Virus record (IMG/VR): IMGVR_UViG_3300034082_001974
Reading direction: 5' to 3' (one strand)
DNA: 27,892 nucleotides
From: a virus
Lineage: Duplodnaviria; Heunggongvirae; Uroviricota; Caudoviricetes
The notes beneath the pieces were generated by a model. That model made no database searches. It worked only from the letters and a program-made list of their open reading frames with translations, and was not told where the DNA came from. The position numbers and the translations under genes are program-made. Positions 8,017 through 18,398 of the stretch are shown here, piece by piece (position 1 is the stretch's first letter; every line of letters starts with the position of its first letter).

Positions 8017-10476
8017 TTAGAAAACTCCCCCTCCAAGTCTTATTTTTCTTTCTGATAGAGAACTTCCAACATTAACAAGTGCTGAATTAGTTTGACTACC
8101 ATTTATTGTGGCAAATGCTTGAACGGCGTATGGTTTATCTAATAAAACAGTAATATTTTTCATCCAGCATCCCTCAGAAGAAGTGGCTGAATCTACATGA
8201 ACACCTATATTTATATAACGAGAAAATGCCACTGGAGCAATTGTCAATTCTTTTGTTTCATAAGCACTTGTTGCAGCAGCACTAAACCGAACTGCTTCAT
8301 TGCCACCAGCCATCCAAGTGCTGTTTTGACCACCAGAATTTGCTAACTGATTTGGTCCAACTCCAGATATTACATTTCTTTGTTCAAATATTGGATAAGT
8401 TCCAGAAAATCCTGGCGCCAATTTGATTTGTGCTTTTGCTCTTACAGTAACTCCTGCTGGAACAAAAACTGATTCAAACCAACCACTTCCATAATCAGAA
8501 CCATCTGCAATCCAATAAACTCTCCAAGCATCTTCGGCAGAATCCCAAAATCTTACAGAAAGATAAGTTTGTTGATAGATAGCATCATATTCCATATTAT
8601 GTTCAATAACACTTCCAGATGCACCATTATGTCCTCTATCAATATGCCCACCATGAAAACTTCCTCTAACCTGCAGATTATTGGCAGCAGGAGAATAACC
8701 ACTAACAAACTCAAATATAGAATATATTAGAGTGTTATTATTGTATGGATCCATTTCCATACCTCGTCTGTTTCCCGTATGTTTATGTTTATAGTATCCT
8801 CTATAAAAACCACTAACAAAATTAAGGTAGTCGGTTCCATTAGAAATGTAGTGATGAATCCCAACATTACCATCATAGAAGTGAAATCTACCTGCCCTAG
8901 TTGAACGAGAAATATAAACATAACCAACTTCTGCCCATTCACTTGATCCCTCCAATCTACATCCCCATGCTTCACTAGCAACTCCTATACTATTATAAAG
9001 ACATAGACCCTCACGATACCATAAAGCATATGAAACGTTGAATCTACCTTGAACATGGCAACATCTTATCTGATCATATCTACCATAAATCCAAAATCCC
9101 CCCAAATCTCTAGTAGAGTTTGAACCTGTCATTACAATTCCTTCTAACCAACTATTCTGACTGTGTGCTGGAATAGTATTTGTTAAAGTAACAGGCAAAC
9201 TCACATTAGATTTCCAAGTACCGGGTCCAAGATATAATCCCCCTTCTGCTTGCCCTTGACTGCTGCCCGCATACTTCAAATATACATCTTTAAAAATTAT
9301 TGCTCTGGAGTAATTGGTGCCACCTGCTTCAATATACACTCCATAATAGTCTGTGTTTGGAGTAACTGGTTCAATAACTACATCTCGTGTTAAACGATTG
9401 ACTAATGCACCAGAAACTACATTATAACCAACGGCAGCAGTAAGTGTAATAATACTTCCAGAAACAGATGAAATTGTGTGTTTATATCTTGGTCCGGGTG
9501 TTTCATTTCCATACGCACTTTGGGCATAGTCAGTTGATCCTCCTGCCTCACTTCTGGCTTCAATCCAAATATCATCATTTGCAACAAACATATTGGCATT
9601 TGCTACAGTAATTGTTGTTGATGCTGCAAGAGAAGAAACAGTAGTAACAGTAGCACACTTTCTCACTTTGTTATTAATAGTGTGAATCTTATCGGAACCA
9701 GTTTCATAAACAGTTAATCCCGTAACAGTACCAGTAACAGAACCTGATAGTGTCAGTGTGTGGTTGAGATAATTAATTGCACTAATAGTATGAATATTAC
9801 GATTTGCACCAGTACCAAAGATAATTATTTGACCAACACGGAATACTTTTGAATTAACAACAACTAAACTTGTTCCAGAAGCAGAAACAACTGTAGATTC
9901 TGGTCCAACAAACTGTCTAAAATAAACTGTATTAGAATCAATATCGTGAATCCAAAACCCCTCATCTCTTAATGTAGATGCTCCTGCATTTGATGCTTGA
10001 GTGGTTGTATTATCAAATATAGCAAACCATTCTCCCACTGCAAAATTTGTAGCAGAAGTAAAAGCAAAACTTGTTGCTCGTTCATTTGCACCAGATGAAA
10101 GAGTGGTGGTTGGCATACCATCACTACCTTCCATAATAACGCTTGCGCCAGTTTCTCCTTGTCCATAAAGGATATGAGAAGCAGCAGCAGTTCCTCTAAA
10201 TTGTAACTTATGTCCTGCTCTTGCGTGATAAGTTCCATTAGTTCTTATTCTTAATCTTCCATTCATTCTCAAGGTGGTTCCTGCACCAACTTGAGTTTGT
10301 AAAGTTCCATAGACATCACTATCATCAAAACCGTTTGTGACTGGTGTTGAGACATTATAAGTGACTGTATGTCCAGTTGCAATTACAAAACTATCAGCAT
10401 CAACAGGTGCTACTCCACCAACCCAAGTTGCTCCTGCTGAAAAATTACCAGTTGTAGTAGATGTAATAACTGCCAT
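8017..10476 (-). CDS. Large virion protein: G8-like N-terminus, beta-rich/beta-helix-like middle, jelly-roll-like C-terminus (possible tailspike/depolymerase)
   Basis: Begins TSTTTGNFSAGATWVGGVAP...FVIATGHTVTY, typical of G8-like starts; Gly/aromatic beta-strand-rich 819 aa; sits between fibre genes. Fold assignments are inferred. Confidence 0.6.
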   Translation of the reverse strand: MAVITSTTTGNFSAGATWVGGVAPVDADSFVIATGHTVTYNVSTPVTNGFDDSDVYGTLQTQVGAGTTLRMNGRLRIRTNGTYHARAGHKLQFRGTAAASHILYGQGETGASVIMEGSDGMPTTTLSSGANERATSFAFTSATNFAVGEWFAIFDNTTTQASNAGASTLRDEGFWIHDIDSNTVYFRQFVGPESTVVSASGTSLVVVNSKVFRVGQIIIFGTGANRNIHTISAINYLNHTLTLSGSVTGTVTGLTVYETGSDKIHTINNKVRKCATVTTVSSLAASTTITVANANMFVANDDIWIEARSEAGGSTDYAQSAYGNETPGPRYKHTISSVSGSIITLTAAVGYNVVSGALVNRLTRDVVIEPVTPNTDYYGVYIEAGGTNYSRAIIFKDVYLKYAGSSQGQAEGGLYLGPGTWKSNVSLPVTLTNTIPAHSQNSWLEGIVMTGSNSTRDLGGFWIYGRYDQIRCCHVQGRFNVSYALWYREGLCLYNSIGVASEAWGCRLEGSSEWAEVGYVYISRSTRAGRFHFYDGNVGIHHYISNGTDYLNFVSGFYRGYYKHKHTGNRRGMEMDPYNNNTLIYSIFEFVSGYSPAANNLQVRGSFHGGHIDRGHNGASGSVIEHNMEYDAIYQQTYLSVRFWDSAEDAWRVYWIADGSDYGSGWFESVFVPAGVTVRAKAQIKLAPGFSGTYPIFEQRNVISGVGPNQLANSGGQNSTWMAGGNEAVRFSAAATSAYETKELTIAPVAFSRYINIGVHVDSATSSEGCWMKNITVLLDKPYAVQAFATINGSQTNSALVNVGSSLSERKIRLGGGVF

Positions 10477-10634
10477 TATGGTGTTGTGCTAAGGTATGGA
10501 TAATTAACTTCTGGTTCTGGAATACTGATTTCAAGTTCAATCATATTCTCATCTTCTCTTATGTAGTTTATTACACAAGGTTCATCCGCAGTTGCTTCAA
10601 GTGTATTCTTATTAATTGTTATTTTGGTAATCAT
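10476..10634 (-). CDS. Small acidic hypothetical protein (52 aa), absent from ORF track
   Basis: [52 protein letters not shown]; exactly fills the gap, with TAATG stop/start overlaps at both 10634 and 10476. Confidence 0.8.
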   Translation of the reverse strand: MITKITINKNTLEATADEPCVINYIREDENMIELEISIPEPEVNYPYLSTTP

Positions 10635-13600
10635 TAGAATTCAACCTCTAGTTTTGCTACATCCTTTCTTTCTGCAAATATTGTGTAGTAATAATTCAGT
10701 TCACCCTCTTCTTTAGAGAATATTTCCACAGTATTATTTATTACTCTATTTACTCTTGGTGTTGCACTCTCACCGATTGGAGTGAGATTGACTGTAATTG
10801 TTTCTGCATCAACTAATCCAGTCCAATAATCTGGAAGTTCTATAATAGAACTTTGAGTTCTTCCTCTCACGTAAACACCAAGTTCCGGTCCTTCTAACGA
10901 ACCATACTGAAGTTTCTTACCTTCTTTTGTTGGGTGGTCGATAATGAAGGACTTTGTGGTTGCACCGAAGGAACCGACAACGTGAAGTTTGTATTGAGGA
11001 TTTGTGGTTCCTATGCCGACATTACCTGTTGTTCCTTTAACTAGAATTCCAAGTGATTGATCAGTAAATCCATTTGCTGGTTGAATTCTTATATCACCAA
11101 TATCATTTCTAATTGTTACATTATTTGCCCCACCATCTGTCGTTCTTCCAGAAGAATTAAGGAAAAAGTAAACGCCACCGCCACTTGAAACAAGTTTTAA
11201 TCCAACATAAGATGCTGCACCACTATTTGGATTATTAAATTCACTGAAATGAGAAGCGTTCTGATTTTTAAAAACTACAAGACTGTCACCTGGATTTGTT
11301 ATTCCAACTCCAAGATTACCAGAAACATAAGCACCACCAGTGACTTGAAGTCTTTGTGATGCGGTTCCTGTTGATGTTGCTGCTCCTACAAAAACATTAG
11401 CAGAACTTAAAGTATTAGTAGAAGCATTAAAGGCAAATGCTTGTGCAGTACTTCTTGCCTTTGCTGTTTGATTACTTCCAGTTCCAGCAACCATAACAGG
11501 ATAAAGTGTTGTGGTTGAAGTATCATCAGTAGCATTAATAGTTGTGGATGGTCCCCCAGCACCCTGGACTCCTTGAGCACCTTGAACTCCTTGAGCACCT
11601 TGAACTCCTTGAGCACCTTGAACTCCTTGAGCACCCTGGACTCCTTGAGCACCTTGAGCACCTACATTACCAGTTCTTGAAAATTCTACTACTAATGTAG
11701 TTCCATTTGTTGGTAAAGAACCCGAAATGTGTGTTACTGGAATCTTAAAATAACCAGCAGCAGCAGTAACAGCACCAGTAACATTCCATACATTAACAAT
11801 TGTTCCTACTGAAGATGCTGAAGTTATGTAAATATAACCTTTTTGAGTATTTGTAGAATCATCCCAAGTATCATACCAAGTGGTTTGAACATTTGAGTTT
11901 GAATCATTATTATCAATAAAAATTTGAGATACACTTCCTATAGTGGCATTATTATAAGCAATAACACCATTACCTGGATCTGCATCTGTAGTAGTGGTAT
12001 TAAATGTATAAGGTACTCCACCTCTATTTCCTACAACTCCTTGAGCACCCTGGACTCCTTGAGCACCCTGGACTCCTTGAGCACCTTGAACACCTTGGGC
12101 ACCCTGGAATCCTTGAGCACCTTGAACACCTTGAGCACCTTGTGCTCCTTGACGACCTTGTGCACCTTGAGCACCTACATCACCTTGTCTTCCTTGAGCA
12201 CCCTGGAATCCTTGAGCACCCTGGAATCCTTGAGCACCCTGGACTCCTTGAGCACCTTGGACTCCTTGAGCACCTTGGAATCCTTGAGCACCCTGGACAC
12301 CTTGAGAACCTGTTGCACCTTGGATTCCTTGAGCACCCTGAACTCCTTGAGCACCTTGTGCACCTTGAGCACCTTGAGCACCTGTAGCACCCTGGATTCC
12401 TTGTGCTCCCTGAACTCCTTGAGCACCTTGAGCACCTTGAACACCTTGAGCACCTTGAGGACCTTGTAGTGCTGCTGTTGCTATTGATTCCCACTTAACA
12501 CCAGAACCAGTAGAAAGTAATACAGAACTTGCAGTACCTACTTGATTATTAGAATCATAAAGACCAGCACGAAGTCTTATATCTCCATTTACATCAAGTT
12601 GTCTTGTTGCATTTGTGGTTCCAATACCAACAGAACCGGAAACATAAGCGCCGCCAGATACTTGTAAATTTTGTGAAGAAGTTCCTGTTGTTATTGAAGT
12701 TCCAACAACAACAACACCTTTACTCGGACTTAAAAAAGTATTACCATCATTTAAATTAATTATTATAGAATTATGTTCTATAGTAGTTCCTATAGACCTA
12801 CCCTTTACTACAAATGAATTGCCATCACCAAATCCACCGGGTCTAGTATCTAATCTAAAAATACCTCCAACTCGCCCGGTTTCAATACCTATTATTTGTG
12901 ATACATTAATTCCATAAGATAAAATTTCACCATTTACTTCTGTAAATAAAGCAGACGTAATTGTCCCAAGTCCACTAAAAATAATGCCACCATCTGTTGA
13001 TGGAGTTCCTTCAGTAATATCTCCTATTTTTATATCACAGTCAGTATCTAAGATATGAAGTCTTGATGTTGGATTTGTGGTTCCAATGCCAACTCTTTGA
13101 TTTACCGCATCATATACAAAGTTAGTTGCGCCGGCAGATACATTATTATTGTTAAAAATAACTTGAGAGTTGGAACCTGCTATTGGTCCTATGAGACCTT
13201 GAGCACCCTGGATTCCTTGTGCTCCCTGAACTCCTTGAGCACCCTGAGCACCTTGAACACCCTGGACACCTTGAGCACCTTGAGCACCCTGCACACCCTG
13301 GAATCCTTGTGCACCCTGAACACCCTGGAAACCCTGAGTACCTACTGCACCTTGAACTCCTTGTGCACCTTGAGCACCAACAGCACCTTGAATACCTTGA
13401 GCACCCTGAATGCCTTGAGCACCTTGTACACCTTGAGAACCTGTTGCACCTTGTGCTCCCTGGACTCCTTGAGCACCCTGGAATCCTTGAGCACCTTGAG
13501 CACCTTGGACTCCTTGAACTCCTTGAGCACCTTGAACTCCTTGTGCTCCCTGGACTCCTTGAGCACCCTGGAATCCTTGTGCACCTTGGACTCCTTGAGC

Positions 13601-15886
13601 ACCTTGGGCACCTTGACGACCTTGGGCACCTTGAGGACCTTGCAATGCTATTTGTTGAATATTTGCCCAAGAAACACCAGCACCAGTAGAAATAAGAACT
13701 GAAGACGCAGTACCTACATTATTATAAATGTCCCTTAATGTAGAATTCAATTCAATAGGACTCTCAAAAACAAAGTTTCCAGAACCATCAATTTGTGCTC
13801 TTACTGCCGCATTAGTAACATCAACAAAACGAAGATTTGGTGTTGAAGTATTACCATAAACATCGAGATACCAAGCAGTTGCATTATCAGTTGCTCTACC
13901 AAAACTTAACTGACCACCTTCATTAGATGCATCAACTCTACCTGCCTTGATTTCTCCACCAACAACATCAAGTTTAATTCCTGCTGCTGGATTTGCTGTT
14001 CCTATACCAACACTCTGATTTACTGCATCATATACAAAGTTAGTGGCACCTGCAGAAACATTATTGTTGTTAAAGATGATTTGTTTATTAGTACCAGCAA
14101 TTGGTCCCGTTAAACCTTGAGCACCTTGAGCACCCTGGACTCCTTGAGCACCCTGGAATCCTTGAGCACCTTGAGCACCCTGGACTCCTTGAGCACCCTG
14201 GACTCCTTGAGCACCTTGAGCACCTTGAGCACCTTGAGCACCTTGAGCACCCTGAACACCTTGAACACCTTGGGCACCCTGGAATCCTTGAGCACCTTGA
14301 ACACCTTGAGCACCTTGTGCTCCTTGACGACCTTGTGCACCTTGAGCACCTACATCACCTTGTCTTCCTTGAGCACCCTGGAATCCTTGAGCACCCTGGA
14401 CTCCTTGAGCACCTTGGACTCCTTGAGCACCTTGAGCACCCTGGACTCCTTGAGCACCTTGAGCACCCTGGACTCCTTGAGCACCTTGAACTCCTTGAGC
14501 ACCTTGAACTCCTTGAGCACCTTGAACTCCTTGAGCACCTTGAACTCCTTGAGCACCTTGAGCACCTTGACGACCTTGTGCACCTTGAACTCCTTGAACA
14601 CCCTGAAGTGCGGCATTCTGTATTGTTGCCTTTCCTACAACAGTTCCACTTACATCATAAAGTGCAATAAAGTCACCACTTTGAGGGTCTGTAACGGTAG
14701 GTAATCCATTAATATCAAGACTTGTGGCAGTTCCAATAAATCTAGAAGCCGTGATTTGAGTATCAGTAACGTGAACTCCACCAACTGCCAAACGAACTCC
14801 ATTTGGTACTTGAGTGCTTCCAATACCAACACCATAGTTGAATAGCCAGGCATCAGTAGTACCGGCACCTAAAGTACCACCTTTAATCCACATAATTTGC
14901 TTATATGTGGAAGAAATACTATCAATACCAACAATATTAATATTAATTAATGGAGTGCCTTCGGTAGAAGCAATTGCAATACCACCGTGATTTGCCGTAG
15001 TATCAGTAGAAACATCCTGACCAAAGGCATTTGTTGTAAATCCTAATATAATATCTTTATCTTTAACAACTAGTTCATTAACAGAAATAAATGCCGTAGT
15101 ACCACCAACAGTTATATTTCCAGTAACATTTAGATTTGAATTAATATTGGTAGCACCATTAACAGTGAGACCAGTAAATGTAGGAATATCAGTTAGTGTG
15201 ATTGTCGCACCAACTCCAGATGCCGTTGCAGTTAGATTTCCACTTACAAAGTTGATTGAAGAAACTGAATTTGCACCACCTACAACAGAACCTTCTTCAC
15301 GAATTGTAATACCAGTAATTGCACCAGCAGAAGCAGCAGCAACCCAAGTAGGAGCAGCACCAACTCCATTTGATTGAAGAACAAATCCAGATGTACCGTT
15401 TGCTAAGAATACAGTACTATCAGATGCAGATTGATAAGGTATATTACCAACAACACCACCTTTTAGATTAGTTGCTATACCAGCATTAGAAACATAATCA
15501 GCAATTGTGATAGTTGCCCCAGCACCAGATGCCGTTGCAGTTACATTTGGTCCTACAAAGTTAACAGAATTAACACTATCTGTAGTTCCTACAACAGAAC
15601 CTTCTTCACGAATTGTAATACCAGTAATTGCACCAGCAGAAGCAGCAGCAACCCAATCTACTCCAGAACCAGTTGATGCAAGAACTTGTCCGGGTGCTCC
15701 AGATTCATTATCCTTGTCAAAGAGAGAACCACGAAGTCTAATACCACCATTTACATCTAAGTTTGTTGTTGCATTTGTGGTTCCAATACCAACCTTACCA
15801 GTAACCTCTAATACTGTTTGATTTTCAGTATAAGAATTAATACCAATTTTTAAATTTTGTTGACGATTACTGATATACTTTGTCAT
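10634..15886 (-). CDS. Very long collagen-like tail fibre (1750 aa)
   Basis: Four G-X-Q blocks separated by VGIGTT-containing beta modules. C-terminal [29 protein letters not shown]...LPDYW..LV....TVNLTPIG domain is typical of T4-like fibre ends. Confidence 0.9.
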   Translation of the reverse strand: MTKYISNRQQNLKIGINSYTENQTVLEVTGKVGIGTTNATTNLDVNGGIRLRGSLFDKDNESGAPGQVLASTGSGVDWVAAASAGAITGITIREEGSVVGTTDSVNSVNFVGPNVTATASGAGATITIADYVSNAGIATNLKGGVVGNIPYQSASDSTVFLANGTSGFVLQSNGVGAAPTWVAAASAGAITGITIREEGSVVGGANSVSSINFVSGNLTATASGVGATITLTDIPTFTGLTVNGATNINSNLNVTGNITVGGTTAFISVNELVVKDKDIILGFTTNAFGQDVSTDTTANHGGIAIASTEGTPLININIVGIDSISSTYKQIMWIKGGTLGAGTTDAWLFNYGVGIGSTQVPNGVRLAVGGVHVTDTQITASRFIGTATSLDINGLPTVTDPQSGDFIALYDVSGTVVGKATIQNAALQGVQGVQGAQGRQGAQGAQGVQGAQGVQGAQGVQGAQGVQGAQGVQGAQGAQGVQGAQGAQGVQGAQGVQGAQGFQGAQGRQGDVGAQGAQGRQGAQGAQGVQGAQGFQGAQGVQGVQGAQGAQGAQGAQGAQGVQGAQGVQGAQGAQGFQGAQGVQGAQGAQGLTGPIAGTNKQIIFNNNNVSAGATNFVYDAVNQSVGIGTANPAAGIKLDVVGGEIKAGRVDASNEGGQLSFGRATDNATAWYLDVYGNTSTPNLRFVDVTNAAVRAQIDGSGNFVFESPIELNSTLRDIYNNVGTASSVLISTGAGVSWANIQQIALQGPQGAQGRQGAQGAQGVQGAQGFQGAQGVQGAQGVQGAQGVQGVQGAQGAQGFQGAQGVQGAQGATGSQGVQGAQGIQGAQGIQGAVGAQGAQGVQGAVGTQGFQGVQGAQGFQGVQGAQGAQGVQGVQGAQGAQGVQGAQGIQGAQGLIGPIAGSNSQVIFNNNNVSAGATNFVYDAVNQRVGIGTTNPTSRLHILDTDCDIKIGDITEGTPSTDGGIIFSGLGTITSALFTEVNGEILSYGINVSQIIGIETGRVGGIFRLDTRPGGFGDGNSFVVKGRSIGTTIEHNSIIINLNDGNTFLSPSKGVVVVGTSITTGTSSQNLQVSGGAYVSGSVGIGTTNATRQLDVNGDIRLRAGLYDSNNQVGTASSVLLSTGSGVKWESIATAALQGPQGAQGVQGAQGAQGVQGAQGIQGATGAQGAQGAQGAQGVQGAQGIQGATGSQGVQGAQGFQGAQGVQGAQGVQGAQGFQGAQGFQGAQGRQGDVGAQGAQGRQGAQGAQGVQGAQGFQGAQGVQGAQGVQGAQGVQGAQGVVGNRGGVPYTFNTTTTDADPGNGVIAYNNATIGSVSQIFIDNNDSNSNVQTTWYDTWDDSTNTQKGYIYITSASSVGTIVNVWNVTGAVTAAAGYFKIPVTHISGSLPTNGTTLVVEFSRTGNVGAQGAQGVQGAQGVQGAQGVQGAQGVQGAQGVQGAGGPSTTINATDDTSTTTLYPVMVAGTGSNQTAKARSTAQAFAFNASTNTLSSANVFVGAATSTGTASQRLQVTGGAYVSGNLGVGITNPGDSLVVFKNQNASHFSEFNNPNSGAASYVGLKLVSSGGGVYFFLNSSGRTTDGGANNVTIRNDIGDIRIQPANGFTDQSLGILVKGTTGNVGIGTTNPQYKLHVVGSFGATTKSFIIDHPTKEGKKLQYGSLEGPELGVYVRGRTQSSIIELPDYWTGLVDAETITVNLTPIGESATPRVNRVINNTVEIFSKEEGELNYYYTIFAERKDVAKLEVEF
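11552..14605 (-). repeat. Four G-X-Q collagen blocks (approx. 11552-11671, 12022-12466, 13175-13642, 14098-14605)
   Basis: In-frame 9-bp degenerate repeats of roughly 13, 49, 52 and 56 triplets. Confidence 0.95.
12082..12225. repeat. 144-bp exact direct repeat, second copy at 14257..14400
   Basis: Base-by-base identity including the distinctive GRQGDVG codons (cctacatcaccttgtcttcc). Confidence 0.85.
15279..15347. repeat. 69-bp exact direct repeat, second copy at 15588..15656
   Basis: cctacaacagaaccttcttcacgaattgtaataccagtaattgcaccagcagaagcagcagcaacccaa occurs twice, 309 nt apart. Confidence 0.85.
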
Positions 15887-15897
15887 TTGATTTTGAA

Positions 15898-16239
15898 TTA
15901 GTTAAGAGTTTCTAGAATACTTCCAACAAATTTTAAATTTGTACCATTATTACCTGATAATACTAATTTATCACCACTTTCAAGAACTAATTTACCAGCA
16001 AGAAGATTTGCAGTATCATTTCCAGAAATTGGATAATTCTTTAACATTTCTGTTGTGACTGCAATTCCAGCAACACTTCTTTGATGTGATAATGAAACAT
16101 CATAAGAAGTTGCTCCAATATTTGCGACTTGTGCTAAAAGAACTACACCCGTATAACCTACTGGTGCCGAATAAACAATTGTTGGACTTGTAGATATCAC
16201 CGCTGTAACCGTCTGAAATACATTGAGTGCTAATGCCAT
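15898..16239 (-). CDS. Conserved small virion-associated protein (cyanomyovirus-like)
   Basis: 113 aa, [12 protein letters not shown]...[19 protein letters not shown]...GKLVLESGD; GGAGG Shine-Dalgarno inside the end of the upstream gene. Confidence 0.7.
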   Translation of the reverse strand: MALALNVFQTVTAVISTSPTIVYSAPVGYTGVVLLAQVANIGATSYDVSLSHQRSVAGIAVTTEMLKNYPISGNDTANLLAGKLVLESGDKLVLSGNNGTNLKFVGSILETLN

Positions 16240-16243
16240 TTGA

Positions 16244-18106
16244 TTAATCTCCTCCTAGTGCAAGAATGAATGGTGTCATTGTAGAAAATAAACTCTTAGA
16301 ATAAAAAGTACCAGAAATAGTTCCTGTTTGTTGATTAATTACAACACCATCACCAATTCTAAAGTTTCCCGATTGATCGGTAGAAGTAAACACCACTAGA
16401 CCACCATTGCGGGCATCAGTTTCATTTCCTTGAATAGGAACTCCACCTGCAGCAGGAAGAGCAGTTGCAATATTTGTTCCCGAACCAATATATTCGAGAG
16501 AATGACCTGATGCCAGTACACGACTTTGCTTAAAGAAAGGAACCGTAGTACCAACTCCCACCGCATAAGGAACATTATCACTAATAGTTATAGTACAAAT
16601 ACCAGCCGAAACTGGTGTTGAACTTGAAATTACATAATAAGTTGGAAGAAGATTTGCAGTCCCTATTGCAGTATTAATACCAACATTAGGAGAAGCAAAC
16701 GTTACTGTTGGTGCTGTTGTATATCCTCTTCCATTTGAAACCATTTCAACAGAAGTTACTGAACCATTTTTCACCGCACCAACAGCGGTTGCAGGAACTC
16801 CCCATGGTTCACTTGGATCACTAAAAATAATATCAACATTTTGAGAATAACCCGTCCCACCAGAACTTACAGTTACACTATCAACAGTATAATAAAGTTC
16901 ATCAAAATAAATCACCTGACCGTCAAAAGGTCTCACCACATTTATTTTTGCTGTTCCACCTGATTGATAAGTGTGTGATAAAGTAGAAACCCCAACATAA
17001 ACTTCAAAAGAAGTTGGTGAAGGAATTGCGGAAACATCAAAGATATAACCACTATTACCTGATGGGTAAGTTACAATTCCTGGACCAGAAGAACACGTGA
17101 ATGCAAGTCCAACAATTGAAACTCCCATTCCAACATTAAAATTATGATTCGTATTTACTGTGATTGTAGTAAGACCAGTTGTATTATTATAGAGAGCATT
17201 AGTTACACTTAAAGTAGGAACGTTCAAATTCAATACAAATTCAAAAGCATTTGGTGCTGTTGCTGCCGTAATAATACCGGTATACTTAAGTGGACCTCTT
17301 CCATCAGCAACCAGACCAAAAGTGCCAAAAGAAGAGTTTGAGTTGGTTAAGTCACATGCAGATCCAGAACCACAAAAGACAGCAGTCTCATTACAAATAG
17401 TAAATAAAGATACTAATTGAGCATAACCTTCATTAGTAATAGAACATCCAATACCACCTTGATTATATTGAGTATAACTATCAAGAACCATAGATTTTGT
17501 TGGTCCTATTGCCTTTGATCCATCAATCTTTAATCCAATACTGTTTGGAATAAAGTTGGTGCAGTTTTGAATATAAGGTGACTGATTAAAGTATCCAATT
17601 TGATTTGGATTAAATGCAAAAATTGCCTTACCAGAGTTTAATGTTCCCGTGTAAGACATTTCTGCAATATAGTTTCCATTTGAGACATAAAACAAGTCTT
17701 GATTTACATTCAGTGGTGATACTGATACTTCTCTTAAACTATCACCAACAATTGAAACTTGTTCTGGAATTACTATAGGATTATTTTCTAGATAAGATCC
17801 AGCACTAACTTTAATAACTGTTCCTGTTGTTGCCTCTGCGATTGCTCCTCCAATTGTTGCCTTTGCGTCTCCAAGTTTTCTTCCGGTATTGATGTCGTTT
17901 CCATCTGATGTAACGTATAAAATATTAGTAACTGTTGTTCCAGCACCAAGTCTTACAATATCGGTGCCGATCCCTGTACGTTCTCTGCGAGCATATAACT
18001 CTGCGTCGTAAGTATTAAGTCCAAGTTCCCCCAAAGGTAAATCATTTACCGTTGGTCTCTTTCCAGGAACTGCTGACCGCTTTATGCGGATAATAGGTGC
18101 CGCCAT
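16244..18106 (-). CDS. Virion structural/fibre protein with Mtd_N-like N-terminus and pectin-lyase-like beta-helix segment
   Basis: IRIKRSAVPGKRP...LPLGELGLNTYD N-terminal anchor; LYVTSDGND...AKATI..AI...GTVIKVSAGSYLE...SIVGDSLREV beta-helix start; VTVSSGGTGY/GRGYTTAPTVTF motifs. Confidence 0.7.
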   Translation of the reverse strand: MAAPIIRIKRSAVPGKRPTVNDLPLGELGLNTYDAELYARRERTGIGTDIVRLGAGTTVTNILYVTSDGNDINTGRKLGDAKATIGGAIAEATTGTVIKVSAGSYLENNPIVIPEQVSIVGDSLREVSVSPLNVNQDLFYVSNGNYIAEMSYTGTLNSGKAIFAFNPNQIGYFNQSPYIQNCTNFIPNSIGLKIDGSKAIGPTKSMVLDSYTQYNQGGIGCSITNEGYAQLVSLFTICNETAVFCGSGSACDLTNSNSSFGTFGLVADGRGPLKYTGIITAATAPNAFEFVLNLNVPTLSVTNALYNNTTGLTTITVNTNHNFNVGMGVSIVGLAFTCSSGPGIVTYPSGNSGYIFDVSAIPSPTSFEVYVGVSTLSHTYQSGGTAKINVVRPFDGQVIYFDELYYTVDSVTVSSGGTGYSQNVDIIFSDPSEPWGVPATAVGAVKNGSVTSVEMVSNGRGYTTAPTVTFASPNVGINTAIGTANLLPTYYVISSSTPVSAGICTITISDNVPYAVGVGTTVPFFKQSRVLASGHSLEYIGSGTNIATALPAAGGVPIQGNETDARNGGLVVFTSTDQSGNFRIGDGVVINQQTGTISGTFYSKSLFSTMTPFILALGGD

Positions 18107-18133
18107 TATTTACATAGTTGGTATGAACCGTAA

Positions 18134-18151
18134 AACTCTTATATAAGAGTT
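18134..18151. other. Perfect 18-bp intergenic palindrome AACTCTTATATAAGAGTT
   Basis: Self-complementary; lies between a late-promoter motif and the 620-aa gene start. Confidence 0.6.
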
Positions 18152-18157
18152 ATTAAT

Positions 18158-18164
18158 TATTTAT
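18158..18164 (-). promoter_or_regulatory. Late promoter-like ATAAATA overlapping a stop codon
   Basis: tatttat, upstream of the 620-aa gene. Confidence 0.5.
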
Positions 18165-18349
18165 GAAAACTCTTCTTCCACTTTTGTTCCTCTTTTAGGT
18201 TTTCTTAATTTCTCAAGTTCAACACTCAAAGTATCTACAGTTTTTCGTAAACTATTGACTTGAGTTTCTAGCACAATATTTTTTGTAAATAACTCAAATG
18301 CTTTTTGTTGATAAGTACTAATAATATCTTTATAATCTTCTTCAGTCAT
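18161..18349 (-). CDS. Small coiled-coil protein
   Basis: MTEEDYKDIISTYQQKAFELFTKNIVLETQVNSLRKTVDTL... heptad pattern; ATG 18349 preferred over GTG 18361. Confidence 0.7.
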   Translation of the reverse strand: MTEEDYKDIISTYQQKAFELFTKNIVLETQVNSLRKTVDTLSVELEKLRKPKRGTKVEEEFS

Positions 18350-18375
18350 AAAAAAATACACCCAGTTCCAGAGTG

Positions 18376-18382
18376 TATTTAT
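18376..18382 (-). promoter_or_regulatory. Late promoter-like ATAAATA
   Basis: Intergenic tatttat, 27 nt upstream of ATG 18349. Confidence 0.5.
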
Positions 18383-18398
18383 GAGTTATTAGTTGAGT

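Noticed and set aside
8016-8036. Extended start MEGEFSK for the S74 collagen fibre
   Set aside because: It overlaps the upstream gene's last codons, which instead provide the Shine-Dalgarno for ATG 8015.
11407-14868. Multiple overlapping ORFs on both strands within the 1750-aa gene
   Set aside because: Same repeat-shadow effect; no independent start signals.
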